NCBI GenBank assembly: GCA_965225945.1
Contig: CBDDBZ010000038.1
Coordinates: 498,658-562,657, forward strand
Reading direction: 5' to 3'
DNA length: 64,000 nt
DNA from: Alphaproteobacteria bacterium
GTDB taxonomy: Bacteria > Pseudomonadota > Alphaproteobacteria > GCA-2731375
Every line of letters begins with the position of its first letter. Within the stretch, counting starts at the first letter, position 1. Below the pieces are notes generated by a model, which made no database searches, was not told where the DNA came from, and saw nothing but the letters and a program-made list of their open reading frames with translations. The translations under genes were made by a program, and so were the position numbers. Below are positions 31,242-40,934 of this stretch, piece by piece.

Positions 31242-31644
31242 GCGCCGCTCCCGTCACACGAGAGCGCAACCCATAGACGCCCGATTCTATGGAGTCAAGA
31301 GACGATCAACGACGCGGCGGCGGAAACCCGGCCCCGGCGACCACCTACATCATCCTCTCGCGGTCAAGAGCGGGGTACCTGGGTAGTTACCAAATGTTTA
31401 TGATTTGTACTAAATCGATCCGGCTGAGTAAAGTGCGTAATCAGGAAGTAGAATGACCCCTTTTTGCGGAGTCGTCGAGAGACGCCGCCGACGGCCGGCG
31501 CCACTTCCGCCGTGCCGTCACGGGAGCGGGGTCGTCATGCGCGCGGTCGATCGTCTGGTCGATGGCAAGGGCGGCGGCTGATCGCGCCCGCGTTTCCGCG
31601 CTATGCTCCCCGCCGGCACGGTAGTCGGAGGGGAGGACGAGACG

Positions 31645-32514
31645 ATGAGCGGGCTTCGCGAACGCTTGGGCGAGGCGGCGCCGGTGCTGGCGCCCCTGGT
31701 GCTCAACCCGTTGATGGCGCGGCTCGCCGAGGCCCAGGGCTTCGAGGCGCTCTATCTCGGCGGCGGCGCCACCGGCTACACCAAGGTCTTCCTCGAGGCC
31801 AACCTCACGGTGACCGAGTTGGCACAGGCCGGCGTCGAAATCCGCGCCGCCTCGGCCCTGCCGCTGATCCTGGATGCCGCCGGCGGCTGGGGCGATCCGA
31901 TGCACATGCACCGAACCGTCACCACCGCCGAGGCCGCCGGCTTCGCGGCGATAGAAATCGAGGACCAGCACCTGCCGAAGCGGGCCCACCATCACATCGG
32001 CGTCGAGCACATGATCCCGGCCGAGCTGATGGCGGCCAAGGTGCGCGAGGCGCTGGCGGTCCGCCGCTCTTCGGAATTCCTCGTCGTCGCGCGTACCAAC
32101 GCGGTCCGCGTTGCCTCGCCGGAGGAGGCAGTGCGGCGCCTCCTGCTCTATCACGAGGCGGGCGCCGACCTGCTGCTGCCCTCGCCCCGGACTCAGGAGG
32201 AGGCGCGATTTCTCGCCGACCGGCTGCCGGCCCCGCTGATGTTCCTCGCCGCGCGCGGGGGGCCGGCGGCGCTCGACATGACGGCGGACGACTTGGGCAG
32301 GCTCGGCTTCAAGCTCCTGGTCGACGCGCAGACGCCGCTTCTGGCGGCCTTCCGCGTCTGGCGGGACTGTTACCGGGCGCTGGCCGACGGCCTGGTCGAC
32401 CCGGCATACGGCCCCGAGGAATGCGCCCGCCTGCAGGACGAGCTGCACGAGGCGATCGACCTCGAGCGCCTGCTGGCGGTGGAACGCGCCACGGTCGAGG
32501 GAGCGGAGGGATGA
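31645..32514 (+). CDS. Isocitrate lyase/PEP mutase family protein
   Basis: ALYLGG, IEIEDQHLPKR and VVART motifs. Confidence 0.85.
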   Translation: MSGLRERLGEAAPVLAPLVLNPLMARLAEAQGFEALYLGGGATGYTKVFLEANLTVTELAQAGVEIRAASALPLILDAAGGWGDPMHMHRTVTTAEAAGFAAIEIEDQHLPKRAHHHIGVEHMIPAELMAAKVREALAVRRSSEFLVVARTNAVRVASPEEAVRRLLLYHEAGADLLLPSPRTQEEARFLADRLPAPLMFLAARGGPAALDMTADDLGRLGFKLLVDAQTPLLAAFRVWRDCYRALADGLVDPAYGPEECARLQDELHEAIDLERLLAVERATVEGAEG

Positions 32515-33410
32515 CCTTGGCGAAGCGGCTCGCCGCCCTGGCGATGGCCTGTCTGCTCAGCCCCGGGTCCGTGGCGGCGGCGGAGAAGGTGGATCTGGAG
32601 CTGGTGCTGTTGGCCGACGCCTCGCGCTCGATCGACGACGAGGAGATCCGCCTGCAGCGGGAGGGCTATGCCGCCGCGCTCTCCCACGCGCAGGTGTTGG
32701 GCACGATCACCAGCGGCCTGCATCGGCGGATCGCCGTCACCTACGTCGAATGGGGAAGCGCCGAATCGCAGGACATCGTGGTGCCCTGGACGATCATCGA
32801 GGGGCCGAGGAGTGCTGCCGCCTTCATCGCCGCGCTCAGGTCGCGCCCACGCATCGCCAACGGGCCGAACGCGATCGGCAGCGCCATCGCCACCGGCCAT
32901 GCCCTGATCGAAGCCAACGATCTCCAGGGCACGCGGCGGATCATCGATTTCTCGGGCGACAGCGCCTACAGCTTCGGCGGCATTCCCGTCGATCAGGCCC
33001 GGGTGCTGGCGCTCGGCGACGACATCACCATCAACGGCTTGGCGATCCTCTGCCGCACCCCGGGGTGCAGCGGCCGGCCGGTCGGCTACGACCTGGAGGA
33101 GGCCTATCGCCGTTACATCATCGGCGGCCCAGGCGCCTTCGTCGTCACCGCCGACGGCAATCGCAGCTTCGCCGAGGCGGTGCTGCGCAAGCTCTTGCTC
33201 GAAGTCGCGGGCGTGCCGGCGCCGGGCCGCGTCGCCGGCAGCGAGGGGTTGGAGATGGCGGCCTCGCCGCCTCAATCCTCCTCGCCCGAGGCCGCCGCCT
33301 CGATCGCGTTCCAGCGCGAGAGGCCCATCAGCTCGCTCAACGGCTCGAGGCCCATCAACGCTTCGCCGCTCGCCGCGCCCAGAGCGCCGTTGGCCAGCAG
33401 ATCCCCGTAG
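32511..33410 (+). CDS. DUF1194 (vWA-like) exported protein
   Basis: VDLELVLLADASRSID..E..LQREGYA and IIGGPGAFV motifs; 3' end overlaps the convergent gene. Confidence 0.82.
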   Translation: MTLAKRLAALAMACLLSPGSVAAAEKVDLELVLLADASRSIDDEEIRLQREGYAAALSHAQVLGTITSGLHRRIAVTYVEWGSAESQDIVVPWTIIEGPRSAAAFIAALRSRPRIANGPNAIGSAIATGHALIEANDLQGTRRIIDFSGDSAYSFGGIPVDQARVLALGDDITINGLAILCRTPGCSGRPVGYDLEEAYRRYIIGGPGAFVVTADGNRSFAEAVLRKLLLEVAGVPAPGRVAGSEGLEMAASPPQSSSPEAAASIAFQRERPISSLNGSRPINASPLAAPRAPLASRSP

Positions 33411-34156
33411 ACCGCCATCTGCGCCTTGAGCGCGGCGCCGAGCCCGGTCACGGCGTAGAGCGCGAGCTTCACCCCGAGCTCGGCGAGCCCATCCTTCGAC
33501 AGCATCGATTCCGGCCATTCCGGCACGCCGCCGACGATGGTCACCGGTCCCTTCACCTCGGCGCAGAGACGGCGCAATTCGTCGATCTCGAAGCTCTCGG
33601 CGATCATCGCCAGATCGGCGCCGGCGTCGAGATAGGCGTTGAGCCGCTCGATCACGCCGCCGAGGCCGAATTCGCCCTTGGCGTCGCTGCGGGCGATGAT
33701 CACGAAGTCTGGATCACGCCGTGCCGCCAGCGCCGCGCGCAGCCGCGCCAGCATTTCCTCGCATGGCACGACGCGACGGCCGGCCAAGCCGCCGCAACGC
33801 TTCGGCAGGGCCTGATCCTCGATGTGGACGCCGGCTATCCCGGCGCGCTCGAATTCCTGGATGGTGCGGTGAACGTTGACCAGGCCGCCATAGCCGGTGT
33901 CGGCGTCGGAGAGCACCGGTATCGAGACCGCGGCCGCGATCCGGCCCGCATGCGCCACCACCTCTGCTTGGCTGGCGAGGCCGATGTCCGGCATGCCGAG
34001 CATCGAGGCCTCCATGCCGAAGCCGGAGAGATAGACTACTCGATGGCCCACCGCTTCCACCACCCGCGCGCTGGCGCCGTCATAGGCGCCGGGCACCAGC
34101 AGCGGGCCGTCCGCCGCCAACAATTCCCTGAGCCTCGCGCTCGCCGTCATCGCCAT
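33272..34156 (-). CDS. Isocitrate lyase/PEP mutase family protein (methylisocitrate lyase-like)
   Basis: PGAYD, DADTGYGG and HIEDQ..PKRCG motifs. Confidence 0.9.
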   Translation of the reverse strand: MAMTASARLRELLAADGPLLVPGAYDGASARVVEAVGHRVVYLSGFGMEASMLGMPDIGLASQAEVVAHAGRIAAAVSIPVLSDADTGYGGLVNVHRTIQEFERAGIAGVHIEDQALPKRCGGLAGRRVVPCEEMLARLRAALAARRDPDFVIIARSDAKGEFGLGGVIERLNAYLDAGADLAMIAESFEIDELRRLCAEVKGPVTIVGGVPEWPESMLSKDGLAELGVKLALYAVTGLGAALKAQMAVYGDLLANGALGAASGEALMGLEPLSELMGLSRWNAIEAAASGEED

Positions 34157-34326
34157 TGCGTACCTCCCGCCCGGGCCTCGGTTGAGCTGCCTTCGTAGCT
34201 TTGCATGGCTCTCTCTCCGCGACCTGGGACGCCCGCGTCAGGATAGCCGATAATCGCTGCCGGCTCGTCGGTATAAGCGGCGAACGGCAGGCCACGCCCG
34301 CTCACCACGGCCGAGGGAAACGAGCC

Positions 34327-35388
34327 ATGACGACGCGATTCGGTATCGTCGGAGCCGGCATGATCGCCGCCATTCACCTGGAGGCCTTGCGCGGCCTGCC
34401 CGACGTCGAGGTCACCGCCATCATGGACGGCGGCAGCGGCAAGGCCCGCAGGCTGGCGCCGGCGCTCGATCTCGCCGGTAGCCACGACATCGCCGCCTTC
34501 GCAGCCCGCGACGACATCGACATCCTGACCGTCGCCTCGCCGAGCGGCGCGCACCTCGACGCCGCGCTGGCCGCCGCGGCCTGCGGCAAGCACTGCATCG
34601 TCGAGAAGCCGCTGGAGATCACGCTGGCCCGCGTCGACGAGATGATCCGGGCCCATGGCGCCGCCGGCACCCGGCTCGGCGGGATCTTGAACACCCGGCA
34701 CACGCCGGCGGCTCGAATGATGAAACAGGCGGTCGAGGCCGGCCGCTTCGGCCGCCTCACCTTCGCCTCCGCCATCGGCCCCTGGTGGCGCGACCAGGCC
34801 TATTACGACCAGAGCGCGTGGAAAGGGACCTGGCGGCTCGACGGCGGCGGCGCCTTGATGAACCAGGGCATCCACGCCATCGACCTCTTGCAATGGCTGG
34901 TGGCCTCGCCCGTCGCCAGCGTCTCCGGGCTGATCGCCACGCTCGCGCACGCCGGTATCGAGGTGGAGGACACAGGGGCGGCGGTGCTGGAATTCGAGAA
35001 CGGCGCGCTGGGCCAGATCGCCTGCGCGACGGCCATGTGGCCGGGTCACTTCCGCACGCTGACCATCGCCGGCGAGAACGGCACCGCCAGCCTCGCCGAC
35101 GGCGGCCTGCTGTTCTGGCGCTTCCGCGAGGAGGACGCGCGCGACGACGAGATCCGGCGCCGACACCTGGCCTTGCCGGGCGCCGGCGTCGGCGCCGCCG
35201 ACCCCTCGGCCGGGGTCGACGCGGAGGGGCACCGGGCGATCTTCCGCGATTTCCTGGCGGCGGTCGAAGCGGGCGGGCCGCTGGCGATCGACGGGGCCGA
35301 GTGCCGCAAGGCGGTGGCCATCATCCGCGCGGTCTACGAGTCGTCCAAACGCGGCGGCGCGCCCGTCAGCCTTGACGAGGTCGATTGA
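34327..35388 (+). CDS. Gfo/Idh/MocA family oxidoreductase
   Basis: GIVGAGMIA, VEKP and GGGALMNQGIH motifs. Confidence 0.9.
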   Translation: MTTRFGIVGAGMIAAIHLEALRGLPDVEVTAIMDGGSGKARRLAPALDLAGSHDIAAFAARDDIDILTVASPSGAHLDAALAAAACGKHCIVEKPLEITLARVDEMIRAHGAAGTRLGGILNTRHTPAARMMKQAVEAGRFGRLTFASAIGPWWRDQAYYDQSAWKGTWRLDGGGALMNQGIHAIDLLQWLVASPVASVSGLIATLAHAGIEVEDTGAAVLEFENGALGQIACATAMWPGHFRTLTIAGENGTASLADGGLLFWRFREEDARDDEIRRRHLALPGAGVGAADPSAGVDAEGHRAIFRDFLAAVEAGGPLAIDGAECRKAVAIIRAVYESSKRGGAPVSLDEVD

Positions 35389-35409
35389 GATGGCCCGCCG
35401 GCGCCGCCT

Positions 35410-37233
35410 ATGATGGCGTCGCCGCAACGACCGGGTAATGCCATGACCAGCGCCGCCGCCACCGACGAGAGCCGCTTTCCGCCCTACCTCATGTCCGTGC
35501 TCGCCAGTCGCTTCGAGGCGATCATCCGCGAGATGACCAACACGGTGATGAAGGCCAGCCGCTCCGCCGTGATCAAGAACGCCCGCGACATGTCCTGCGG
35601 CATCCTGACCTATGACCACCGCCTGCTGAGCGTGGAGGAAGGCATTCCGATCCACATCACCGCGCTGGACTTGACGACCCGCCCGATCACCGAATTTTTC
35701 GACGATATCGCGGAAGGCGACGCCTTCCTCAACAACTGTCCCTATACCGGGGCGACGCACCACGCCGACCTCACCGTCTGCGTGCCGGTCTATCACCAAG
35801 GCGAGCCGCTGTTCTGGGTCCTTGCCCGCTCGCATCACGCCGATATCGGCGCGCCGATCCCGACGACCTACCTGCCCTATGCCCGCACCGTCTACGAGGA
35901 AGGCCTGCACTTCCCCTGCGTCCGCGTGCGGCGGAACCACCGCGATCTCGACGACATCATCCGCATGTGCCGGATGAAGATCCGCGTGCCCGACCTCTGG
36001 TATGGCGACTATCGCGCCCAGGTCGGCGCCTGCCGGATCGGCGAGCGGCGGCTGGGGGAGTTGGTCACCCACCACGGGCTTCCCACCATCCGGGCCTTCA
36101 TCGAGGAATGGATGGCCTATGGCGCGCGGCGCGCGATCGCCGCCATAGCCGAATTGCCCAAGGGCACCTGGAGCTACGAGACCCGGCACGACCCCGTGCC
36201 CACCGTGGCCGACGAGGGCGTGCCGGTCCGGGTCACGGTCACCGTCGATCCGGACGAAGGCAGAATCACCGTCGATGCCCGCGACAACATCGACTGCGTG
36301 CCGGGCGGCATCAACCTGACCGAGGCGACGGCCACCGGAAGCTGCCGGATCGGGGTGTTCTACAACCTCGACCCCACGATCCCCCACAACGAGGGCAGCG
36401 CCAGCCGCATCGAGGTGCTGCTCCGCGACGGCTGCGTCGTCGGCCGGCCCGCTTATCCGGTCGGCACCTCCGTCGCCACCACCAACGTCAACGAGCGGCT
36501 GGTGATCGCCGTCGCCGCCTGCTTCGCCCAGATGGGGCCGCCCCACGGCATGGCCGAGGGCGGCCATATGCAGGCGGCCGGCATGGCGGTCATCTCCGGC
36601 CGCGACAGCCGCAAGGACGACCAGCCCTACGTCAACCAGATGTTCATCGGCTATGCCAGCGGCCCCGGCATCCACGGTCACGACGGCTGGATCACCTATC
36701 TCGCTTCGGAGAACGGCGGGATGATCGTGCTCGACTCGATCGAGATCGACGAGAGCATGTATCCGATCGTGGTCGAGGGCCGCTGGCTGGAGCCGGACAC
36801 CCTCGGCCCCGGCGAGTTCGACGGCGCGCCGGGCGTGAAGCTGGTCTACCGGCCGATCGCCGACGAGATGACGGTGATCTACGCCAGTGATGGCGAGATC
36901 AATCCGGCGCTCGGCGTCGGCGGCGGCGGCGCCGGCGCGCCTGCGGCCAACTACAAGCGCCGGGCCGACGGTACGCTCTTGCGCCTGCCGGCCTTCCACC
37001 AGGAGGTCTTCCGGCCGGGCGAGGCGGTGGTCTGCCAGGCCGGCGCCGGCGGCGGCTACGGCGATCCCCGGAGGCGGGAAGCGGCCCGCGTGGCGGCGAC
37101 GGCGAACCGCGGCTGGCTCACGCCGGCGAAGGCGGAAGCGGTCTACGGCGTGGCGTTGGAATGGGCCGAGAACGGCATCGACTACGTGGTCGACGCGGCG
37201 CGCACCCGGGCGCTCCGCGCCGAGGACGGCTGA
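35410..37233 (+). CDS. Hydantoinase B/oxoprolinase family protein
   Basis: NCPYTGATHHAD, HHADIG and GGGYGDP motifs; start may be 35443. Confidence 0.9.
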   Translation: MMASPQRPGNAMTSAAATDESRFPPYLMSVLASRFEAIIREMTNTVMKASRSAVIKNARDMSCGILTYDHRLLSVEEGIPIHITALDLTTRPITEFFDDIAEGDAFLNNCPYTGATHHADLTVCVPVYHQGEPLFWVLARSHHADIGAPIPTTYLPYARTVYEEGLHFPCVRVRRNHRDLDDIIRMCRMKIRVPDLWYGDYRAQVGACRIGERRLGELVTHHGLPTIRAFIEEWMAYGARRAIAAIAELPKGTWSYETRHDPVPTVADEGVPVRVTVTVDPDEGRITVDARDNIDCVPGGINLTEATATGSCRIGVFYNLDPTIPHNEGSASRIEVLLRDGCVVGRPAYPVGTSVATTNVNERLVIAVAACFAQMGPPHGMAEGGHMQAAGMAVISGRDSRKDDQPYVNQMFIGYASGPGIHGHDGWITYLASENGGMIVLDSIEIDESMYPIVVEGRWLEPDTLGPGEFDGAPGVKLVYRPIADEMTVIYASDGEINPALGVGGGGAGAPAANYKRRADGTLLRLPAFHQEVFRPGEAVVCQAGAGGGYGDPRRREAARVAATANRGWLTPAKAEAVYGVALEWAENGIDYVVDAARTRALRAEDG

Positions 37234-37244
37234 GCGGGCGCGCC

Positions 37245-39305
37245 ATGGGGTTCGAGATCTCGATCGACATCGGCGGCACCTTCACCGACTGCGTCGTCGC
37301 CGACGAGGCGGGCGAGGTGCGGATCTTCAAGGCCCGCTCGACGCCGGAAGCCTTCGAGAAGGGCTTCCTCGACGTGTTGGGGCTCGCGGCGGGCGAATAC
37401 GGCACCGACCTTCCCGGCCTGCTCGCCCTGACGGGCCGAATCGTCCACGGCACCACGGTCTCCACCAACGCGCTGATCGAGGGCAAGGTGGCCCGCGTCG
37501 GCTTCATCACCAACGAGGGCTTCCCCGACATCCTGACGCTCAGGGAAGGGCCGAGGAAGCGGGCGTTCGAATGGCGGCTCGACTTTCCGCCCCCCTTCGT
37601 GCCGCGCAACCTGACGGCCACCGTGGCTGGGCGGATCGACGCGCTGGGGGCGGAACTGGAGCCCTTGGACGAGGACGCCGTGGTTCGGGCGATGGAGCGC
37701 TTCCGCCGCCTGGAGGTGGAAGCGGTGGGGGTCTGCCTGCTCTGGTCGATCGTCAACGGCGCGCACGAGCGCAGAATTGCCGAGATCATCGCCGCCGAAT
37801 GGCCAGGCCTGCCGGTGACGCTGAGCCACCTGCTGAACCCGATACCGAGGGAATACCGCCGCGCCGTCTCGACCGTGATCGACGCCAGCTTGCGGACCAT
37901 CGTCGGCGCCTATATGGCTGCGCTGACGGGAGTGCTGGCCGAGAACGGCTATCGCCGCGAGCTGCTGGTCGCCAACTCCGTCGGCGGCATGATGCCGCCG
38001 GAGGAGATCGTGGCCAAGCCGATCTATTCGGTGATGTCGGGGCCGACCTTGGCGCCGATCGCCGCCGGTCATCTGACCGAGGAATTGGACGTCATCGTCG
38101 TCGACATGGGCGGCACCACCTTCGACGTCTCCGCGATCCGGGGCGGCAACCTGATTGTCACGGCCGAGGCGATGATCGGCCACGACATGCTGGGCATCCC
38201 CAAGGTCGACGTCCGCTCGATCGGCGCCGGCGGCGGCAGCATCGCCCGGGTCGATGTCGGCGGCCTGTTGCGGGTCGGGCCTTCGAGCGCGGGCGCGGTG
38301 CCGGGGCCCGCCTGCTACGGCGCCGGCGGCGAGGCGGCGACGGTGACCGACGCCAACGTCGTCCTCGGCATCATCGATCCCGACTATTTCCTGGGCGGGC
38401 GCATCCGGCTCGACGCCAGCGCGGCGGAGGCCGCGGTGGGCGCGGTCGCGGCCGCCTTGGGCCTCGGCCCCGTGGACGCCGCCTACGCCATCCACACCAC
38501 CAGCAACCACAACATGATCACCGCGATCGAGGACATCACCGTGCGCGAGGGCATCAACCCGAGGGAGAGCTATCTGGTTTCGGGCGGCGGCGCCACGGCC
38601 TGCCACATCGGCGAGATGGCCGAGATCATCGGCATCGACCGCTTCATGATCCCGCGCTTCGCGGCCGGCTTGAGCGCCTTCGGCGGCCTGATCTCGGAGC
38701 TTCGCTGGGCCGAGACGGCGACGTTGCCGACCGACGGCCGGCACTTCGACCTCGATGGCGTCAACGCGGCTTTGGCCGACCTCAAGCGCCGGGGCGAGGC
38801 CTTCCTGGAGCGCGCCGGCGTGGCCCCGCAGGACCGCCGCTTCGAATACGCCTACCAGGGCCGCTACGAGTTCCAGTCCTGGGATATCGAGGTGCCGTTC
38901 ACGCCCGCGGGCGAGCTGCTGGCGGCGGCGGACGTGGCCGAACTGGTCGAGGCCTTCCATCGGACGCACGAGCGGATCTACACGATTTTTGACCGCAACG
39001 ACGTGGTCGAGATGACGAGCTGGCGGGTCCGCGCCGTCGGCCGCAACCATCTGGCTGGGCGGCTGGCGGGCGGCGAGGGAACTGCGGCGGCACCGAGCCC
39101 GAGCCCGAAGTCGCGCCGCCCGGTCTACCTCCACGCCCGGGGCGGAATGGTCGAGCTCGAGGTTTACGAGGCCGACGCCATCGCCCCCGGGGCCCGTATC
39201 GCGGGCCCGGCGTTGATCGAGTCTGCGACCTTCACCACCTTCCTCCTCCCCGGCCACGTGGCCCGCGTCGACGCGGGCGGAAACTACCTGGTGACGATCG
39301 GGTAG
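37245..39305 (+). CDS. Hydantoinase A/oxoprolinase family protein
   Basis: IDIGGTFTD, HGTTVSTN, DMGGTTFD and SIGAGGGS motifs. Confidence 0.92.
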   Translation: MGFEISIDIGGTFTDCVVADEAGEVRIFKARSTPEAFEKGFLDVLGLAAGEYGTDLPGLLALTGRIVHGTTVSTNALIEGKVARVGFITNEGFPDILTLREGPRKRAFEWRLDFPPPFVPRNLTATVAGRIDALGAELEPLDEDAVVRAMERFRRLEVEAVGVCLLWSIVNGAHERRIAEIIAAEWPGLPVTLSHLLNPIPREYRRAVSTVIDASLRTIVGAYMAALTGVLAENGYRRELLVANSVGGMMPPEEIVAKPIYSVMSGPTLAPIAAGHLTEELDVIVVDMGGTTFDVSAIRGGNLIVTAEAMIGHDMLGIPKVDVRSIGAGGGSIARVDVGGLLRVGPSSAGAVPGPACYGAGGEAATVTDANVVLGIIDPDYFLGGRIRLDASAAEAAVGAVAAALGLGPVDAAYAIHTTSNHNMITAIEDITVREGINPRESYLVSGGGATACHIGEMAEIIGIDRFMIPRFAAGLSAFGGLISELRWAETATLPTDGRHFDLDGVNAALADLKRRGEAFLERAGVAPQDRRFEYAYQGRYEFQSWDIEVPFTPAGELLAAADVAELVEAFHRTHERIYTIFDRNDVVEMTSWRVRAVGRNHLAGRLAGGEGTAAAPSPSPKSRRPVYLHARGGMVELEVYEADAIAPGARIAGPALIESATFTTFLLPGHVARVDAGGNYLVTIG

Positions 39306-39724
39306 CGGTCATCTTTCAGGGTTGCGGCACTCGAGACGCCATCTGCCGAAGAGGCTTGTTCGTGGCGCGCTCGGGTTCACCAGGGAAAATGGCCCGCCTG
39401 CCCCCCTCCGTCACCCTCGCTCGCCGGAACGGGCGAGCGAGCGACGCCGGCTTCGGGGAAAAGGCTCGGGGACCGGCCTGTGTTTCGTGGTAGGGAAAAG
39501 GGAAAGTTACGGCGAAATTGTAGCGCTCGAAGCCCACCACTCCAGGCCATGGCGTCGCAAGGCGAGTTCTCGGCGGCAGGCGGAAAATCCGTTTCGCAAA
39601 AATGGGGTTTCTGTCGGTGATTACGAAAAGTTAGGGCAACTTACAATTTCTGCTTGAAGTTTTAAGATAAATTTCAAATATTAAGACACCAATTGCCGAA
39701 GGCGGTCGCTCGTGTCGCGCTCGG

Positions 39725-39850
39725 GATCCGGTCGGCGACGAGGCGGTGGTTGATCGAATCCTCGAGCGGCGGGATCAGCTCGCCGGAGGCGGTCCGGTCG
39801 ACGACCTCGTCGTGGGTGCACCAGGCGGCGGCGATCTCCTCGCCGTCGAC
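39725..39850 (-). pseudogene. Diverged duplicate of the nudC 3' end
   Basis: Encodes VDGEEIAAAWCTHDEVVDRTASGELIPPLEDSINHRLVADRI, compared with VDGEEIVAAAWYTRDEIAEQTASGELILPPEDSISHRLVADWI at 42598-42726. Confidence 0.85.
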
Positions 39851-39928
39851 AACGCCTCGGCGTCCTGCGGAGGTCGCGGGTGCCGGCCTCGGCCAGGCGG
39901 AATTGTGGCGCGTTCCCTTTGCCCGATT

Positions 39929-40651
39929 TCAAGCCCACTCGCGGATATCGAATAATTCTCCGAGTGCGCGCCTTCCCCTCGGCGTGACGGTGAGCGCCCG
40001 GGTGCCGCGTAACCGTTTGACGAAGCCATGGTCGAAGAAATGCATGCAAATCGCGGCCCCGAGCCTTCCGGCCAGATGCGGCCTGCGTTCGCTCCAATCG
40101 AGGCACGGCCGACAAAGCGGTCGCGATGACGTCGATGAGCGCTCGGGCATCGCGATGCCGGCCTCGGTCAGCAGGGCGAGACCGGACTCGGTGATCATGC
40201 CGGCGCCGTCGTCGAATTCGATCGCCCCACGATCGAGCAAGCCATCCGCGATCGCGACGCCGAGCCCTCCGGCCAAGTGATCGTAACAGGTTCGAGCCGC
40301 GCGCATGGCCGCGTCTCGCGGTCCGAAATGCAGCCGGCGATGCGCTGGCGGCCGGGAGACGGCGGCGATCCGCGTGATGGTTTCGAGCAACCCCGCCACC
40401 TCCGCAGAGGCGAGCCGGTGATAGCGATGGCGGCCCTGCGAAACCACTTTCAAGAGGCCCGCCGAGGCGAGTTTGGCGAGATGACCGCTTGCCGTCTGGG
40501 CTGAGATTCCGGCAACACGGGCCAACTCGCCGGCGGTCAGGGCGCGGCCGTCCATCAGCGCCACGAGCATCGCCGTGCGCGCCGGTTCTCCGACCATCAG
40601 CCCGATCTCCGCAATCTGGTTGGTGTTGGCCACTGCTAAATCCTCCGGCAA
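39929..40651 (-). CDS. ArsR/SmtB family transcriptional regulator
   Basis: GEPARTAML.ALMDGRALTAGELA, ARTCYDHLAG and CLDWSERRPHLAG motifs; start may be GTG at 40633. Confidence 0.88.
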   Translation of the reverse strand: MPEDLAVANTNQIAEIGLMVGEPARTAMLVALMDGRALTAGELARVAGISAQTASGHLAKLASAGLLKVVSQGRHRYHRLASAEVAGLLETITRIAAVSRPPAHRRLHFGPRDAAMRAARTCYDHLAGGLGVAIADGLLDRGAIEFDDGAGMITESGLALLTEAGIAMPERSSTSSRPLCRPCLDWSERRPHLAGRLGAAICMHFFDHGFVKRLRGTRALTVTPRGRRALGELFDIREWA

Positions 40652-40751
40652 ATCAGACTACTCGATTCTCCCGGTGGACACTTCGGCCGTGACCGAAGCA
40701 TCGCTGGCCCAGGGTATGGGAAAAACGGTCGCCAGAAAATCGGAGATAACG

Positions 40752-40863
40752 ATGATCACCTGCTTTATCCGCTACAGATTCGACCCGGCGAGAAGGGCGG
40801 ACTTCGTGGAATATGCGAAAACTGGGGACAGGCGATTCCCAGATGCGGCGCCGACCTGATCGA
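40752..40863 (+). pseudogene. NIPSNAP family protein remnant
   Basis: MITCFIRYRFDP...FVEYA, then a frameshift to QAIPRCGADLI, then truncation. Confidence 0.65.
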
Positions 40864-40934
40864 AATGTGGGGGCAGTCTATTTTTACCGTCTCCAAGGCC
40901 CTCGTATTTCCTGTCGAGCCGAACCCGACTCGGA

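Larger units (their letters stand above)
28960..31390 (-). mobile_element. IS66-family element (2431 bp) with a methyltransferase passenger gene
   Basis: 14-bp perfect TIR GTAACTACCCAGGT; 8-bp TSD CAAATGTT (28952-59, 31391-98). Confidence 0.93.
27977..31445 (-). mobile_element. IS1595-family element (about 1030 bp native) containing a nested IS66
   Basis: TIRs TCTAATTACGCATCAACCTCAGCC / GGCTGAGTAAAGTGCGTAATCAGG; 8-bp TSD AAGTAGAA (27969-76, 31446-53). Confidence 0.88.
27891..31463. repeat. REP-doublet/MITE-like element, copy 2, interrupted by IS1595
   Basis: 27891-27976 plus 31454-31463 reconstitute a diverged direct copy of 26269-26364. Confidence 0.85.

Noticed and set aside
34147-39257. 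Long antisense ORFs (950 aa, 691 aa) and similar shadow ORFs throughout the window
   Set aside because: Antisense or alternate frames of high-GC genes with no recognisable motifs
39316-39700. Possible ncRNA or gene in the AT-richer intergenic stretch
   Set aside because: No recognisable RNA family or credible ORF; only a weak TTGAAGTT..AATTTCAA inverted repeat
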